64,000 nt of DNA from Candidatus Parcubacteria bacterium (lineage in GTDB: Bacteria > Patescibacteriota > Patescibacteriia > Patescibacteriales > UBA12075), in NCBI GenBank assembly GCA_023142915.1, contig JAGLIO010000001.1:126-64125 (forward strand). The letters are read 5' to 3'. A program made the position numbers and the translations under genes. Below are positions 19,030 through 28,581 of the stretch, in pieces (the first letter of the stretch is position 1; every line of letters starts with the position of its first letter). The notes beneath the pieces are model-generated. The model saw only the letters and a list, made by a program, of their open reading frames with translations. It made no database searches and was not told the DNA's origin.

Positions 19030-20758
19030 TCACCTTCAACTGCACCTCGCTGCGGCCGTTAAACACATTCAAATCCAAATTATACACAATATTAATATTA
19101 TCATTTATCGCGAAATCTTTCCACTTTTCAGCGCCGTTAAAACTGATTGCGTTTATAAAACCTGATTTGTCATTTTTTAATTTAAACTTGATATGCTGTC
19201 CATCCATCCCCATTGTTGTGATATCAAATATTCTAATATTCTCGCTTAAAAAAACTGACCGTTCATTTCCTTGTCCATAAGGAGCAAGCGCGCTTATTTT
19301 TTCATATAAATCTTCATTTATTTCTTCAAAATTCAAAATCGCGTCAATTTTAACTATCGGTTTCATCATGTCTTGCGTAATTTCTTTTTTGGCGATATTT
19401 TTAATTTTATCAATAAAATTATTTAAATTTTTTTCAGAAAAACTAAAACCGCAAGCTTGCGGATGTCCGCCGTATTTATCCAAAAAACTTCCACATTGTT
19501 CAACAGCTTGAATTAAATTAAAACATGGAATGCTTCTGCCAGAGCCTTTATAGCCATTTTCCGTTTTGGTAATTACCAGAGAAGGGCGAAAATATTTGTT
19601 AGCTATTTTTCCTGCAACCAAGCCAACCACGCCCTCATTCCAAGCGGTTTCTTTCTTTGATTTATTATTTTCCAAATCATAAACACCGATTAATATATTA
19701 TCATCTTTAATATTAATTTGTTCTTCCACTTCTAAAAATATTTTATCAGTAATTTGCTGTCTTTCTTGATTGCTGTTATTTAATTCTTGCGCTAATTTTT
19801 TTGCCTCATCCGAATCTTTGGTAATTAACAACTGATAAGCTGTATTAGCATGGTCAAGCCGGCCAGCCGCGTTTAACCTTGGAGCAATTTGAAAACCGAT
19901 ATTCCAAGTATCAATTTTATTATTGTTATTTATTTTTGCTATTTCATAAAGCGAGCTTAAGCCTATTCTTTTAACATTACTTAAAACTTCAAGTCCCTTT
20001 TTAACCAAAATTCTATTTTCTCCGGTTAATCTTACGCAATCCGCGACTGTGCCAATCGCTACCAGATCCAATAGTCTATAACTTAAATTTTGCTTGTCTT
20101 CTTCGGAAAGTTTTGAACTGTCAATCAGCGCTTTGGCAAATTTAAACGCGACTCCCGCGCCAGACAAAAAATTATCAGGATATTTATCCGCGATAATTGC
20201 CGTGTTGATAATCAGGCATTCGGGATATTCGCTTAATTCATTTGGCGGAACATGGTGATCAGTAACAATAACATCAATCCCAAGTTCTTTCGCGTAAGCG
20301 ATTTCTTTTTTACTTCTTATGCCGGTATCCACAGTAATAATCAATTTTGTATCATTTTTTGCAATCAAATCAACGGCTTGCCTGTTTACTCCGTAGCCTT
20401 CTTTTACACGATGCGGGATATAAACCTCAACGTCAGCTTTAAAAAGCCTGAGAAGTTCAACCAGAATCGCAGAAGAGGTTACACCATCAGCATCATAATC
20501 ACCGTATATTGTTATTTTGTTTCCTTTTTTAATATGGTCAATCGTCAAATCAACCGCCTGCTTCATATCTTGAAATAAAAAAGGATCATGCGAATTTTTT
20601 TCATAACCCCCTTCTAAAAAGTTTTTAATTTTCTCTTTTTCTGTTATACCGCGATTATATAATAATTGCAAAACCAACGGAAAATATTCCGGATATTCAC
20701 TAATTATTTCTTTTTTAATATTAGGCAAAACTTGCCACTTTTTTTGCTTGCTTGACAT
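19004..20758 (-). CDS. recJ: single-stranded-DNA-specific exonuclease RecJ
   Basis: DHH motifs (ITIYGDYDADGVTS; DVIVTDHH), DHHA1-type C-terminal region, 584 aa. The 3' end overlaps rnhA by 26 bp. Confidence 0.9.
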   Translation of the reverse strand: MSSKQKKWQVLPNIKKEIISEYPEYFPLVLQLLYNRGITEKEKIKNFLEGGYEKNSHDPFLFQDMKQAVDLTIDHIKKGNKITIYGDYDADGVTSSAILVELLRLFKADVEVYIPHRVKEGYGVNRQAVDLIAKNDTKLIITVDTGIRSKKEIAYAKELGIDVIVTDHHVPPNELSEYPECLIINTAIIADKYPDNFLSGAGVAFKFAKALIDSSKLSEEDKQNLSYRLLDLVAIGTVADCVRLTGENRILVKKGLEVLSNVKRIGLSSLYEIAKINNNNKIDTWNIGFQIAPRLNAAGRLDHANTAYQLLITKDSDEAKKLAQELNNSNQERQQITDKIFLEVEEQINIKDDNILIGVYDLENNKSKKETAWNEGVVGLVAGKIANKYFRPSLVITKTENGYKGSGRSIPCFNLIQAVEQCGSFLDKYGGHPQACGFSFSEKNLNNFIDKIKNIAKKEITQDMMKPIVKIDAILNFEEINEDLYEKISALAPYGQGNERSVFLSENIRIFDITTMGMDGQHIKFKLKNDKSGFINAISFNGAEKWKDFAINDNINIVYNLDLNVFNGRSEVQLKVIDIKKYEA

Positions 20759-20842
20759 ATTTTATTTACTATGCTATCAATATTATTATAAACAACTCGT
20801 TCTTCTTAAAAAATAATTAAATGAAAAACAAGGAGGTGCAAA

Positions 20843-21061
20843 ATGACAAAAAAATTAGAAAATTTTGAATTAGAAAATTTTGAATTTTTTAAAAATCTTA
20901 TTTTTGGAACGCTCCTTGTGGCGTGCGCGATCGCAAGTATACTTGGTATTTTTTTTGAACTGTCTCTACCATATGTGATTATTCCAATTGGAATAATAAT
21001 ATTAATTCTTGTGATCGGAGTAGTATGCAATGCCAGCCCAAAATTAGACTTACCAGTATAA
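20843..21061 (+). CDS. small hydrophobic (2-TM) protein
   Basis: 72-aa ORF preceded by a strong SD (aaggaggtgcaaaATG) and followed by a terminator hairpin at 21070-21100. Confidence 0.45.
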   Translation: MTKKLENFELENFEFFKNLIFGTLLVACAIASILGIFFELSLPYVIIPIGIIILILVIGVVCNASPKLDLPV

Positions 21062-21069
21062 CCACTTTA

Positions 21070-21100
21070 GGATGCCAAATAAAACTGGCATCCTACTTTT
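21070..21100 (+). terminator. rho-independent terminator (ggatgcca / tggcatcc stem + T-run)
   Basis: 8-bp perfect stem at 21070-21077 / 21086-21093 followed by tacttttttttatttt. Confidence 0.65.
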
Positions 21101-21306
21101 TTTATTTTGAACGTATGATTAAGACGATTACCTAATATATTATGATTATTAAAAAAATAATCATGGTCAATCTTTTAATCAGGTAAATCATGGTTCAAGA
21201 CATTACATAAAAGCCACGCCGATTGTCCACATAACCATGGTAAAAATTATCATCGCGCTAAGGATTGTCCAAACTATTTTTGTAATTATTTTTTTTTTCA
21301 TAAATA

Positions 21307-23109
21307 TTATTTTTTTAACAACTTAACAAAAGTATCACTTGGAATATCAACGCTTCCCTTTCCTGCCGCCATCATTTTTTTCTTGCCTTTCTTTTGTTTT
21401 TCCAATAATTTTCTTTTACGGCTGACATCGCCGCCGTATAACTTGGCGGTTACGTCTTTGCGCATAGCTGAAATTCTTTCGCCTGCTATTACTTTGCCAC
21501 CTATTGCCGCCTGCAGTTTTAAAACAAACATCTGCTTGGGCATGCTTGTCTTTAAAATATTGACAATTTCTTTTCCGCGTTTGAACGCATCATCTTCATA
21601 AACAATCGTGGACAAAGCTTCAACGTTTTCTTCGGCAACCAAAATATCCATTTTAATAACTTTTGCCTCTCTGTAATCTAAAAACTCATAATTTATTGAC
21701 GCGTAGCCGGAGCTGACGCTTTTAATTTTATCATAAAAATCAGTTAAAATCGCGCTCATGGGAATACTGTAATGCAAAATCGCGCGAGTTTTGTCAATAT
21801 ACTCGGTATTTTTATAAACCCCGCGCTTTTCTTGGGCTAAACTCATAATATTGCCCACATATTCTTTGGGAGTAATAATATCTAAAATCACCCAAGGTTC
21901 TTCAATTTTTTCAATTTTCTCCCGCGCCGGAAATTGCTGGGGCGTGCGCATGGTAAATTCTTCTCCATTTTTTAAATATACCTGATAAGCAACGCTTGGC
22001 AGTGTTACGATTAGTTCAAGGTTAAATTCCCGCCTTAATCTTTCCTGAAAAATTTCCAAGTGCAGTATTCCCAAGAATCCACATCTAAAACCAAAACCCA
22101 AGGCATGCGAATGTTCCGGCTCATAAATTAAAGCCGCGTCATTTAATTTTAAGCGATCAACCGCTTCTCTAAGTTCATTATATTCATTGCCTTCTTTGGG
22201 AAAAATTCCGGCAAAAACCATGGGCTTAACCTCAGTATAACCTTTAAGCGGATGAACAGGGCATTGCCCTGTTCTTACAGAAGAATTTTTTAACAAAGTA
22301 ACCGTATCGCCGACACGGCATTCACTGACATTCTTAAAACCGGTAACAATATAACCAATCTCCCCTGCTTTTAGCTCGCCTGTCGCATGGTAAGTCGGCT
22401 TGAATATTCCCACATCCAAAGCATCGCTTTCCGCGCCAGTAGCCAATAATTTTATTTTATCACCTTTTTTAATACAGCCGTCAAACATTCTCACGTAAGC
22501 CACTACGCCTTTGTATTCATCGTAATTTGAATCAAAAATCAACGCGCGCGAAAAATTTTCATCACCAGCCTTTTTGGGGCAAGGAACGTGCTTAATCACT
22601 GCTTCCAGTATATCCTTAACCCCTTCTCCTGTTTTACCGGAAGCATAAATAATTTCATTTTTATCGCATCCCAAAAGTTCAACAATTTCCCTCTCAGTTT
22701 TATCTTTATCAGCCGCCGGCAAATCAATCTTATTCGCGACCGGAATTATAGTTAAATCCTGTTCCATTGCCAAATATAAATTTGCCAAAGTTTGCGCTTG
22801 TATTCCCTGTGTGGCGTCAACTAAAAGAATCGCGCCCTCAACAGCCGCCAAACTGCGCGAAACTTCATAATTAAAATCAACATGTCCGGGAGTGTCAATT
22901 AAATTCAATGTATAATCATCGTATTTCATGGTAACCGGCTGCAATTTAATGGTGATTCCTCTCTCCCTTTCCAAATCCATTTGATCTAAAATTTGGTTTT
23001 TCATTTTTCTTTTATCAATCGTGCCGGTTAATTCAAGCATCCTGTCGGCCAAGGTTGATTTGCCATGGTCAATATGCGCGATTATGCAAAAATTCCTAAT
23101 ATTTTTCAT
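21307..23109 (-). CDS. lepA: elongation factor 4 (LepA)
   Basis: N-terminal NFCIIAHIDHGKSTLADR G1 motif, DTPGHVDF, NKIDL, LepA C-terminal domain. 600 aa. Confidence 0.95.
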   Translation of the reverse strand: MKNIRNFCIIAHIDHGKSTLADRMLELTGTIDKRKMKNQILDQMDLERERGITIKLQPVTMKYDDYTLNLIDTPGHVDFNYEVSRSLAAVEGAILLVDATQGIQAQTLANLYLAMEQDLTIIPVANKIDLPAADKDKTEREIVELLGCDKNEIIYASGKTGEGVKDILEAVIKHVPCPKKAGDENFSRALIFDSNYDEYKGVVAYVRMFDGCIKKGDKIKLLATGAESDALDVGIFKPTYHATGELKAGEIGYIVTGFKNVSECRVGDTVTLLKNSSVRTGQCPVHPLKGYTEVKPMVFAGIFPKEGNEYNELREAVDRLKLNDAALIYEPEHSHALGFGFRCGFLGILHLEIFQERLRREFNLELIVTLPSVAYQVYLKNGEEFTMRTPQQFPAREKIEKIEEPWVILDIITPKEYVGNIMSLAQEKRGVYKNTEYIDKTRAILHYSIPMSAILTDFYDKIKSVSSGYASINYEFLDYREAKVIKMDILVAEENVEALSTIVYEDDAFKRGKEIVNILKTSMPKQMFVLKLQAAIGGKVIAGERISAMRKDVTAKLYGGDVSRKRKLLEKQKKGKKKMMAAGKGSVDIPSDTFVKLLKK

Positions 23110-24275
23110 AAAACAATTTTTACTTCAAACTCTTTATTGTCTCGCAAGTACTTAATTAATATTTCGTCTTTTACTGAAAAATGTTTTAAAATATTCTCTA
23201 ATTTATTTGTTTCATCAAGCAAAATATTATTAATTGATAAAATTATATCACCTGTTTTTAGTCCCGCCTTTTCCGCCAAACTCCCTTTATTAACAGCTGT
23301 TCCTGTTTCATTAGGATAAATCAAGGCTCCTTTATTAATATGGTCTTTATTAAATACAAAATCTGATAAATCAAGATAATTTATTCCCAATTTCGGATAT
23401 TCTATTTTTTCATTGCCCAATAAACAATCTATGCAAGGCGCAAGATCGCTTATTAATTTAATTTCGCCTTTATTGCCGATTAAAGCGATTAAATCGCTAT
23501 TAAGATTAAAAACAAAAGAGCCCCAAAAATCACTGCTGGGAACAGCCGCAAGCTTAATTTTATTAAAAAAATTATCGCTTGTCTTATATAATTTCTTATC
23601 ATCCTTATTTTTGTCAACAATTGTTGACAAAAAAGAACTTCCATCCCAGTTAACTGCTAAAACCATCTGACCGTTATGAACATTTTTCGCTTCAACAAAA
23701 ACTTTAACAGGCAAATCATTGGCTTGTATTTTCCAAAAAGAATAACCGGTAACCGTGTCCAATATAATCTTTTCTATTGAATATATTTTTTTATTATTAT
23801 CAATAATTACATACCCGGCGATTATGTTTTCTTTGGTTTTTGTGGCAATGTCGCTGTTATATGATTTTGGAGTATAGCTGGAAATAATCCAGCCATCGCT
23901 GGTTATAACCAAGCCTTGCCCGACTTCGTCTTTTAAATTATAAGCTGTTTCAATAATATTTTTTATGTTTTTGTCTGATTTTTCGTCCGTAATTTTCTTT
24001 TTTTCAAAAATCGCCACAATACTGTTATTTGCGGAATTTATTGTTTCCAGCGCCTTAGTGTTTTGTTCAACAATAACTTTTTTCGCTCCTCTAATAACCA
24101 ATCCTTGTTGCCCAAAATAATTGCCTGACAAATTTATCTCGCCTAAAAGCGGTATATTAAACGCTTTTTCCAAAACATAAACACGGGCAATAACCGTCCC
24201 TACAAGACCGCTTAGCATTCCGAATATTGTTGCCAATACAACAATTAAAATTATTTTATTATTAGTTTTTTTCAT
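23106..24275 (-). CDS. membrane-anchored PDZ-domain protein, HtrA-like but apparently lacking the catalytic triad
   Basis: N-terminal TM, central region with HtrA-like blocks (GQGLVITSDGWIISSY; SFVFNLNSDLIALIG) but no His or GNSGG Ser, and a C-terminal PDZ domain (LAEKAGLKTGDIILSINN). Its stop overlaps the lepA start (ATGA). Confidence 0.55.
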   Translation of the reverse strand: MKKTNNKIILIVVLATIFGMLSGLVGTVIARVYVLEKAFNIPLLGEINLSGNYFGQQGLVIRGAKKVIVEQNTKALETINSANNSIVAIFEKKKITDEKSDKNIKNIIETAYNLKDEVGQGLVITSDGWIISSYTPKSYNSDIATKTKENIIAGYVIIDNNKKIYSIEKIILDTVTGYSFWKIQANDLPVKVFVEAKNVHNGQMVLAVNWDGSSFLSTIVDKNKDDKKLYKTSDNFFNKIKLAAVPSSDFWGSFVFNLNSDLIALIGNKGEIKLISDLAPCIDCLLGNEKIEYPKLGINYLDLSDFVFNKDHINKGALIYPNETGTAVNKGSLAEKAGLKTGDIILSINNILLDETNKLENILKHFSVKDEILIKYLRDNKEFEVKIVL

Positions 24276-24279
24276 AAAT

Positions 24280-25062
24280 TTATATCCATCTGGCGGTAAA
24301 AATTACCGCAAATATGCTTAAAAAACCGAAAATCAGGTACATTTTAATAATTTGCGCGTTTAATTTCCCGATTAAATAAAATCTTACTATGCCTATTCCG
24401 ATATAATACGCGACAGCTAAAATCAAGCCTAAAATATAAAAGCTTAAAGACAAAAAAGAAATTGACCAAGCCAATTCAATATATGTTAAAGGCAAGATTA
24501 TTATATACAATAAACTTGCCTTAGTCAAAATTTTGTTTGCCCAAAAAACTTGATAAACAATTAAAGTTATAATCAAAAGCAAAAAAATCATTATGCTCCA
24601 AACATCAATTCCCAAAAATGACTGAAAACCGTAAATAGCTGAAGCGAAAAAATATAACGTTAAAAAATTTCCATAAGAAGAAAAATTTTCCAGCGCGTTT
24701 TTTTTATAATAGCTTGGTTTTAATAAAAATTCATATACGGAACGAAAATAAAAATTTAAAAATAAAAAAATTATTATTATTAAAATCTGAACCAAGTACC
24801 CATAAGGCATTAAGGTGCTGAACATTACTCCGCTTGACAAAAATAAAAAAGGCAATAAACAATAATTCCAGGCATTTTCATTTTTTTTGCTTTCAACAAT
24901 AAACTGCCTGATTGTAAAAAAAAACAGCAAAAGCAAAAATGCCAGCATGATATAAATTACCCTTGCGTTAAAACTGTAAAATTCCAAGAATATTAAAGAT
25001 AAAAACGGGGTTGCCAGCGGCAAATAGCGATTAAAGCGCATAAAAATTAAATTAAAATTCAA
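24280..25062 (-). CDS. integral membrane protein (about 7 TM), unknown function
   Basis: 260-aa hydrophobic ORF, 4 bp upstream of the PDZ protein gene. Confidence 0.5.
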   Translation of the reverse strand: MNFNLIFMRFNRYLPLATPFLSLIFLEFYSFNARVIYIMLAFLLLLFFFTIRQFIVESKKNENAWNYCLLPFLFLSSGVMFSTLMPYGYLVQILIIIIFLFLNFYFRSVYEFLLKPSYYKKNALENFSSYGNFLTLYFFASAIYGFQSFLGIDVWSIMIFLLLIITLIVYQVFWANKILTKASLLYIIILPLTYIELAWSISFLSLSFYILGLILAVAYYIGIGIVRFYLIGKLNAQIIKMYLIFGFLSIFAVIFTARWI

Positions 25063-25415
25063 GTAAAAAGATTTTTATCGTCAACTTCCAGCCAATCATT
25101 TTCATTGTCATCCCATTTGTAGATAATTAACTTATGGCTTTTTTCGGTTTCACTGTAAACATAATCAACCTTTGTGTCAGAACCTATTCGTCTTGAGTAA
25201 ATAGTTTTTTTATCAAGAACAACAGGTCTTGAAATAAATTCAAGCCTCATTAAGCCCAATGGACCTTCAAATTCTATAAATTCAATGTCCACTCCTCCTT
25301 CTTCGTCAATATTAGATTTGCCTTCATCATTGATTGTAAAATTGTCTTTAATGTTTCCAACAACATTTTCCCATTTTTCCGGCAGCATATATTTCAAGTT
25401 ATGCCCAAAGGGCAC
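25059..25415 (-). CDS. hypothetical acidic small protein
   Basis: 118-aa ORF overlapping the downstream gene by 4 nt. No motifs. Confidence 0.4.
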   Translation of the reverse strand: MPFGHNLKYMLPEKWENVVGNIKDNFTINDEGKSNIDEEGGVDIEFIEFEGPLGLMRLEFISRPVVLDKKTIYSRRIGSDTKVDYVYSETEKSHKLIIYKWDDNENDWLEVDDKNLFT

Positions 25416-25454
25416 TAACAGTAGTCGGGAATATTTAAATTCCTTGACTATTAA

Positions 25455-26498
25455 TTAATAATAAACCGCTTGCGTTTCCAAGTCTCTTTTTCTATTGCGC
25501 GCGACGTCTTCGCTGATTACTCCGTTTTTTAACAAATTATCTATTGATTTATTCATTGTTATCATACCATCTTTCACCCCCATTTGAATAGTGGAATAAA
25601 TTTGCTCTGTTTTATTATCGCGAATTAAATTTGCTATCGCGCGGTTATTAATCATTATTTCCCTGGCCGCCGTTAATCCTCCTCCTTTTTTTGGCAATAA
25701 TTGCTGAGAAATAACAGCTCTTAGAACAGAGGCAAGCTGGCCGGTAATTGAATTTTGATTTTGCAAAGGAAAAAAATCCACTATTCTTTCAACTGTTTCC
25801 GGGGCAGTTGTCGTATGCAGGGTGGAAAGGACTAAATGTCCGGTTTTCGCGGCTGTCAACGCCGCGGAAATAGTTTCAAGATCGCGCATTTCACCAACCA
25901 TAATCACATTAGGGTCTTGCCTTAAAGCGTATTTTAAAGCATCTGCAAAACCTGTTGTATCCCGTCCAAGCTGCCTTTGTTCAACAATGCTTTGCTTATC
26001 AGTAAAATCATACTCAATCGGATCTTCAATCGTAATTATATGCGAGCGCCTTTCCGCGTTTATTATATCAAGCATAACCGCCAAAGTGGTTGATTTGCCC
26101 GTTCCCGAAGGCCCTGTTAGCAATATTAAACCGTCTTTTAGATGAGTTAAAGAATAAATTATTTCATTTAAGCCGATCTCTTTTGCAGTTGGGATTTTTT
26201 TAGGAACCAGGCGGGCGGTTAAACCGATTTTGCCTCCCTGAAAATGAAGGTTAACCCGAAATCTGTTATCAAAAAATTCCATTGACATATCCATATCTCT
26301 TTTTCTTTCAAATCTGTCTTTTGTGTATTTATCCAAATAAAGGTAAAGAGCGTGCTTTAACTCGCCATAAGGAATAGCCTTTTCTTTAAAGCGAATTAAC
26401 TCGCCTGATACGCGCAATGCAGGCACGCTTCCTTCAACCAAATGCAAATCAGATGCGTTATTTTCAATAGCGGTTTTAAAATAAGGTTCTAACTCCAT
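25455..26498 (-). CDS. pilT: type IV pilus retraction ATPase PilT
   Basis: 347 aa. Walker A LLTGPSGTGKSTTLA, Asp box, GHLVLSTLHT His box, AIRE-like C-terminal region. Confidence 0.88.
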   Translation of the reverse strand: MELEPYFKTAIENNASDLHLVEGSVPALRVSGELIRFKEKAIPYGELKHALYLYLDKYTKDRFERKRDMDMSMEFFDNRFRVNLHFQGGKIGLTARLVPKKIPTAKEIGLNEIIYSLTHLKDGLILLTGPSGTGKSTTLAVMLDIINAERRSHIITIEDPIEYDFTDKQSIVEQRQLGRDTTGFADALKYALRQDPNVIMVGEMRDLETISAALTAAKTGHLVLSTLHTTTAPETVERIVDFFPLQNQNSITGQLASVLRAVISQQLLPKKGGGLTAAREIMINNRAIANLIRDNKTEQIYSTIQMGVKDGMITMNKSIDNLLKNGVISEDVARNRKRDLETQAVYY

Positions 26499-26551
26499 TA
26501 TTCATTTTGCTAATATTTATATAAATATTATAACATTTTTAAAAATAAAAT

Positions 26552-28504
26552 TCAAAAAAATAAAAAAATATCCACTTCTTTTTCCTCATCATCATCTTCA
26601 ATTTTTTTAATCAACCGATACAAAGTAAAATCGCTTGTTACTTGCTGTATTTTTTCTATTTCAAGTCCTGCTTCAGCCAAGCGCTTGTTATTTAAATAAT
26701 CAATATCTCTTTGTGGCAATGTAAAATTATAATAATACACAGGCAATAATTCAACAAGATTGGAGTATTTCGCGACCATTCTTTTATCGTCAAACAAGCC
26801 GACAATCACTTTGCGTTCAGGAAAAAGCAATTTGTCATGATAAAAAGTTATGATCGCGGAATTATTTTCAGTTAATTTTAAAACTTGGCTGTATTCAGCC
26901 CTGCTATTCTTTTGGCGCTGAGCTAAAAATATCAAGCCCTCTTCAGAACCGTATAAAACAAACGACAATGATCCGTAAAAAAATATTATTAAAAAAATTA
27001 CTCTTAAGCTAATATAATAAAATTCCTTATTTACTTTATAGGAAAACAAATTTATTTTCTTTCTTTTTTCTTGATAAAATTTATTGCAAAGCGAAGCAAT
27101 CGCGCGAGTGAAGCGCATCACAAACAAACTGGCAAAAGGCATTGCTCCCAAATAAATCGGCAGCCAATAGCGCGTGTAAGAATTGCCGATTGTGTGCCGG
27201 GTTTTATCCGGATTATCATAAAATTCCCAGCTGCCGTAATATATAATCAATATTCCGGAAATTATTAACAAAGAAAAAACATACAGCCAATGCCTTTTTT
27301 TATACTTGCGAAAATTTATCAAAAATATAATCGCGCCAACAAAAGCCGTCCAAAAAAGCCAAGAAAACATTTGCGCGAAATAAATAATCGCCATATTCAT
27401 GCTTTGTCGGGGATGAAGCCCGAAATAAAAAACAAAATCTTTAACTTTATTTAACAGCTCTCCGCATAAAGAAAAATCGCCCTTGACTGTTGAGCCGGCT
27501 AAACCGGAGCTTGCTTTGGCAATCGCCATGATTGATTGGTTCATTTCCGAATATCCGCCCAGATAATACGAGCCGTAAAGCGCTTTATTAAAATGCAATG
27601 CCGGCAGAATAGCAATTAATAAAAAAACAAGATAAACAAGCAAGCGGCTAAGCCCTATTTTTTTAATATTAAAAATCCATAAAAAAACAAGCATTGGCAA
27701 AAGCCATAACAGCTCGGAAGAACGGATCATTATTGTCGCGCCCATAAAAGCGCCTGCAAGCGCCGCAAACAAAAAATCCAAATAATAATTTTTATTTTTT
27801 TTATTATTCTTAAAAAATAATTTTATTCTTTTTGATAATTCAATCTTCTTTTTTGATTTATTTTTTAAATATTTAAGCCGTCCGCGGGCAAGAAGCAGGC
27901 TGTAATACAAACTTATAATCAAAAAAACAACAAACAATACATTATGAAACATGCTTCTAGCCGTGAAATAAATAAATGGCGGAAAAACTGCCAGCATTGA
28001 AGCTGAAAACCAAGCGTTGCTTTTATTAAAAATTCTTTTAACTAGCAAATAAAAATAAATAATGCCTATGGACGCGAAAAAAGGCGTTAAATACGGAATA
28101 ACTTTATATCCGAAAATTGAAGCGATTTTTCCGTAAACAAGTATCATTCCTAAAAAACTAACAGGCTTTAAACTGCCGTAATCCGAACGAAAACTTCGCG
28201 GATGCATTATATCGCCGGTAAATAAATTATAATTTTCTTCAATATTTAACTTGCTCTCTTGCGCGTAAAGCTTGGTAAAAATATAATTCGCTGTTTCATC
28301 CGGAGATGCCCATTTAACAAATTCTTGCCTTTGTCCGTTCTCGTCAACAAATTGCTGGGTATAATAGCTAAGACTGCTTGTGCCGATAAAAAAAACAAGG
28401 CTTAAAAGAATAATTGCCAAAAGCTGCCAATTTTTTTTGATTTTTTTTATAAAAATAAATTTCATAAAAAATAGTATTAAAAAATTATTATTTAATACTA
28501 GCAA
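26552..28504 (-). CDS. polytopic membrane protein, GT-C fold (ArnT/PMT-like) glycosyltransferase candidate
   Basis: 650 aa with more than 10 TM segments and an N-terminal periplasmic loop. The architecture resembles family 39/83 glycosyltransferases. No strict motif. Confidence 0.45.
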   Translation of the reverse strand: MLVLNNNFLILFFMKFIFIKKIKKNWQLLAIILLSLVFFIGTSSLSYYTQQFVDENGQRQEFVKWASPDETANYIFTKLYAQESKLNIEENYNLFTGDIMHPRSFRSDYGSLKPVSFLGMILVYGKIASIFGYKVIPYLTPFFASIGIIYFYLLVKRIFNKSNAWFSASMLAVFPPFIYFTARSMFHNVLFVVFLIISLYYSLLLARGRLKYLKNKSKKKIELSKRIKLFFKNNKKNKNYYLDFLFAALAGAFMGATIMIRSSELLWLLPMLVFLWIFNIKKIGLSRLLVYLVFLLIAILPALHFNKALYGSYYLGGYSEMNQSIMAIAKASSGLAGSTVKGDFSLCGELLNKVKDFVFYFGLHPRQSMNMAIIYFAQMFSWLFWTAFVGAIIFLINFRKYKKRHWLYVFSLLIISGILIIYYGSWEFYDNPDKTRHTIGNSYTRYWLPIYLGAMPFASLFVMRFTRAIASLCNKFYQEKRKKINLFSYKVNKEFYYISLRVIFLIIFFYGSLSFVLYGSEEGLIFLAQRQKNSRAEYSQVLKLTENNSAIITFYHDKLLFPERKVIVGLFDDKRMVAKYSNLVELLPVYYYNFTLPQRDIDYLNNKRLAEAGLEIEKIQQVTSDFTLYRLIKKIEDDDEEKEVDIFLFF

Positions 28505-28526
28505 ATATCTTTAATTTTGGCAAATA

Positions 28527-28549
28527 AAAACAATAAAACTCCCAATTCG
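28527..28549 (-). terminator. rho-independent terminator downstream of secreted repeat protein (actccc-aattc-gggagt)
   Basis: Hairpin with a flanking A/T run. On the minus strand it is followed by ttttattgttttt. Confidence 0.55.
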
Positions 28550-28581
28550 GGAGTTTTATTGTTTTTATATTTTAGTTTATT

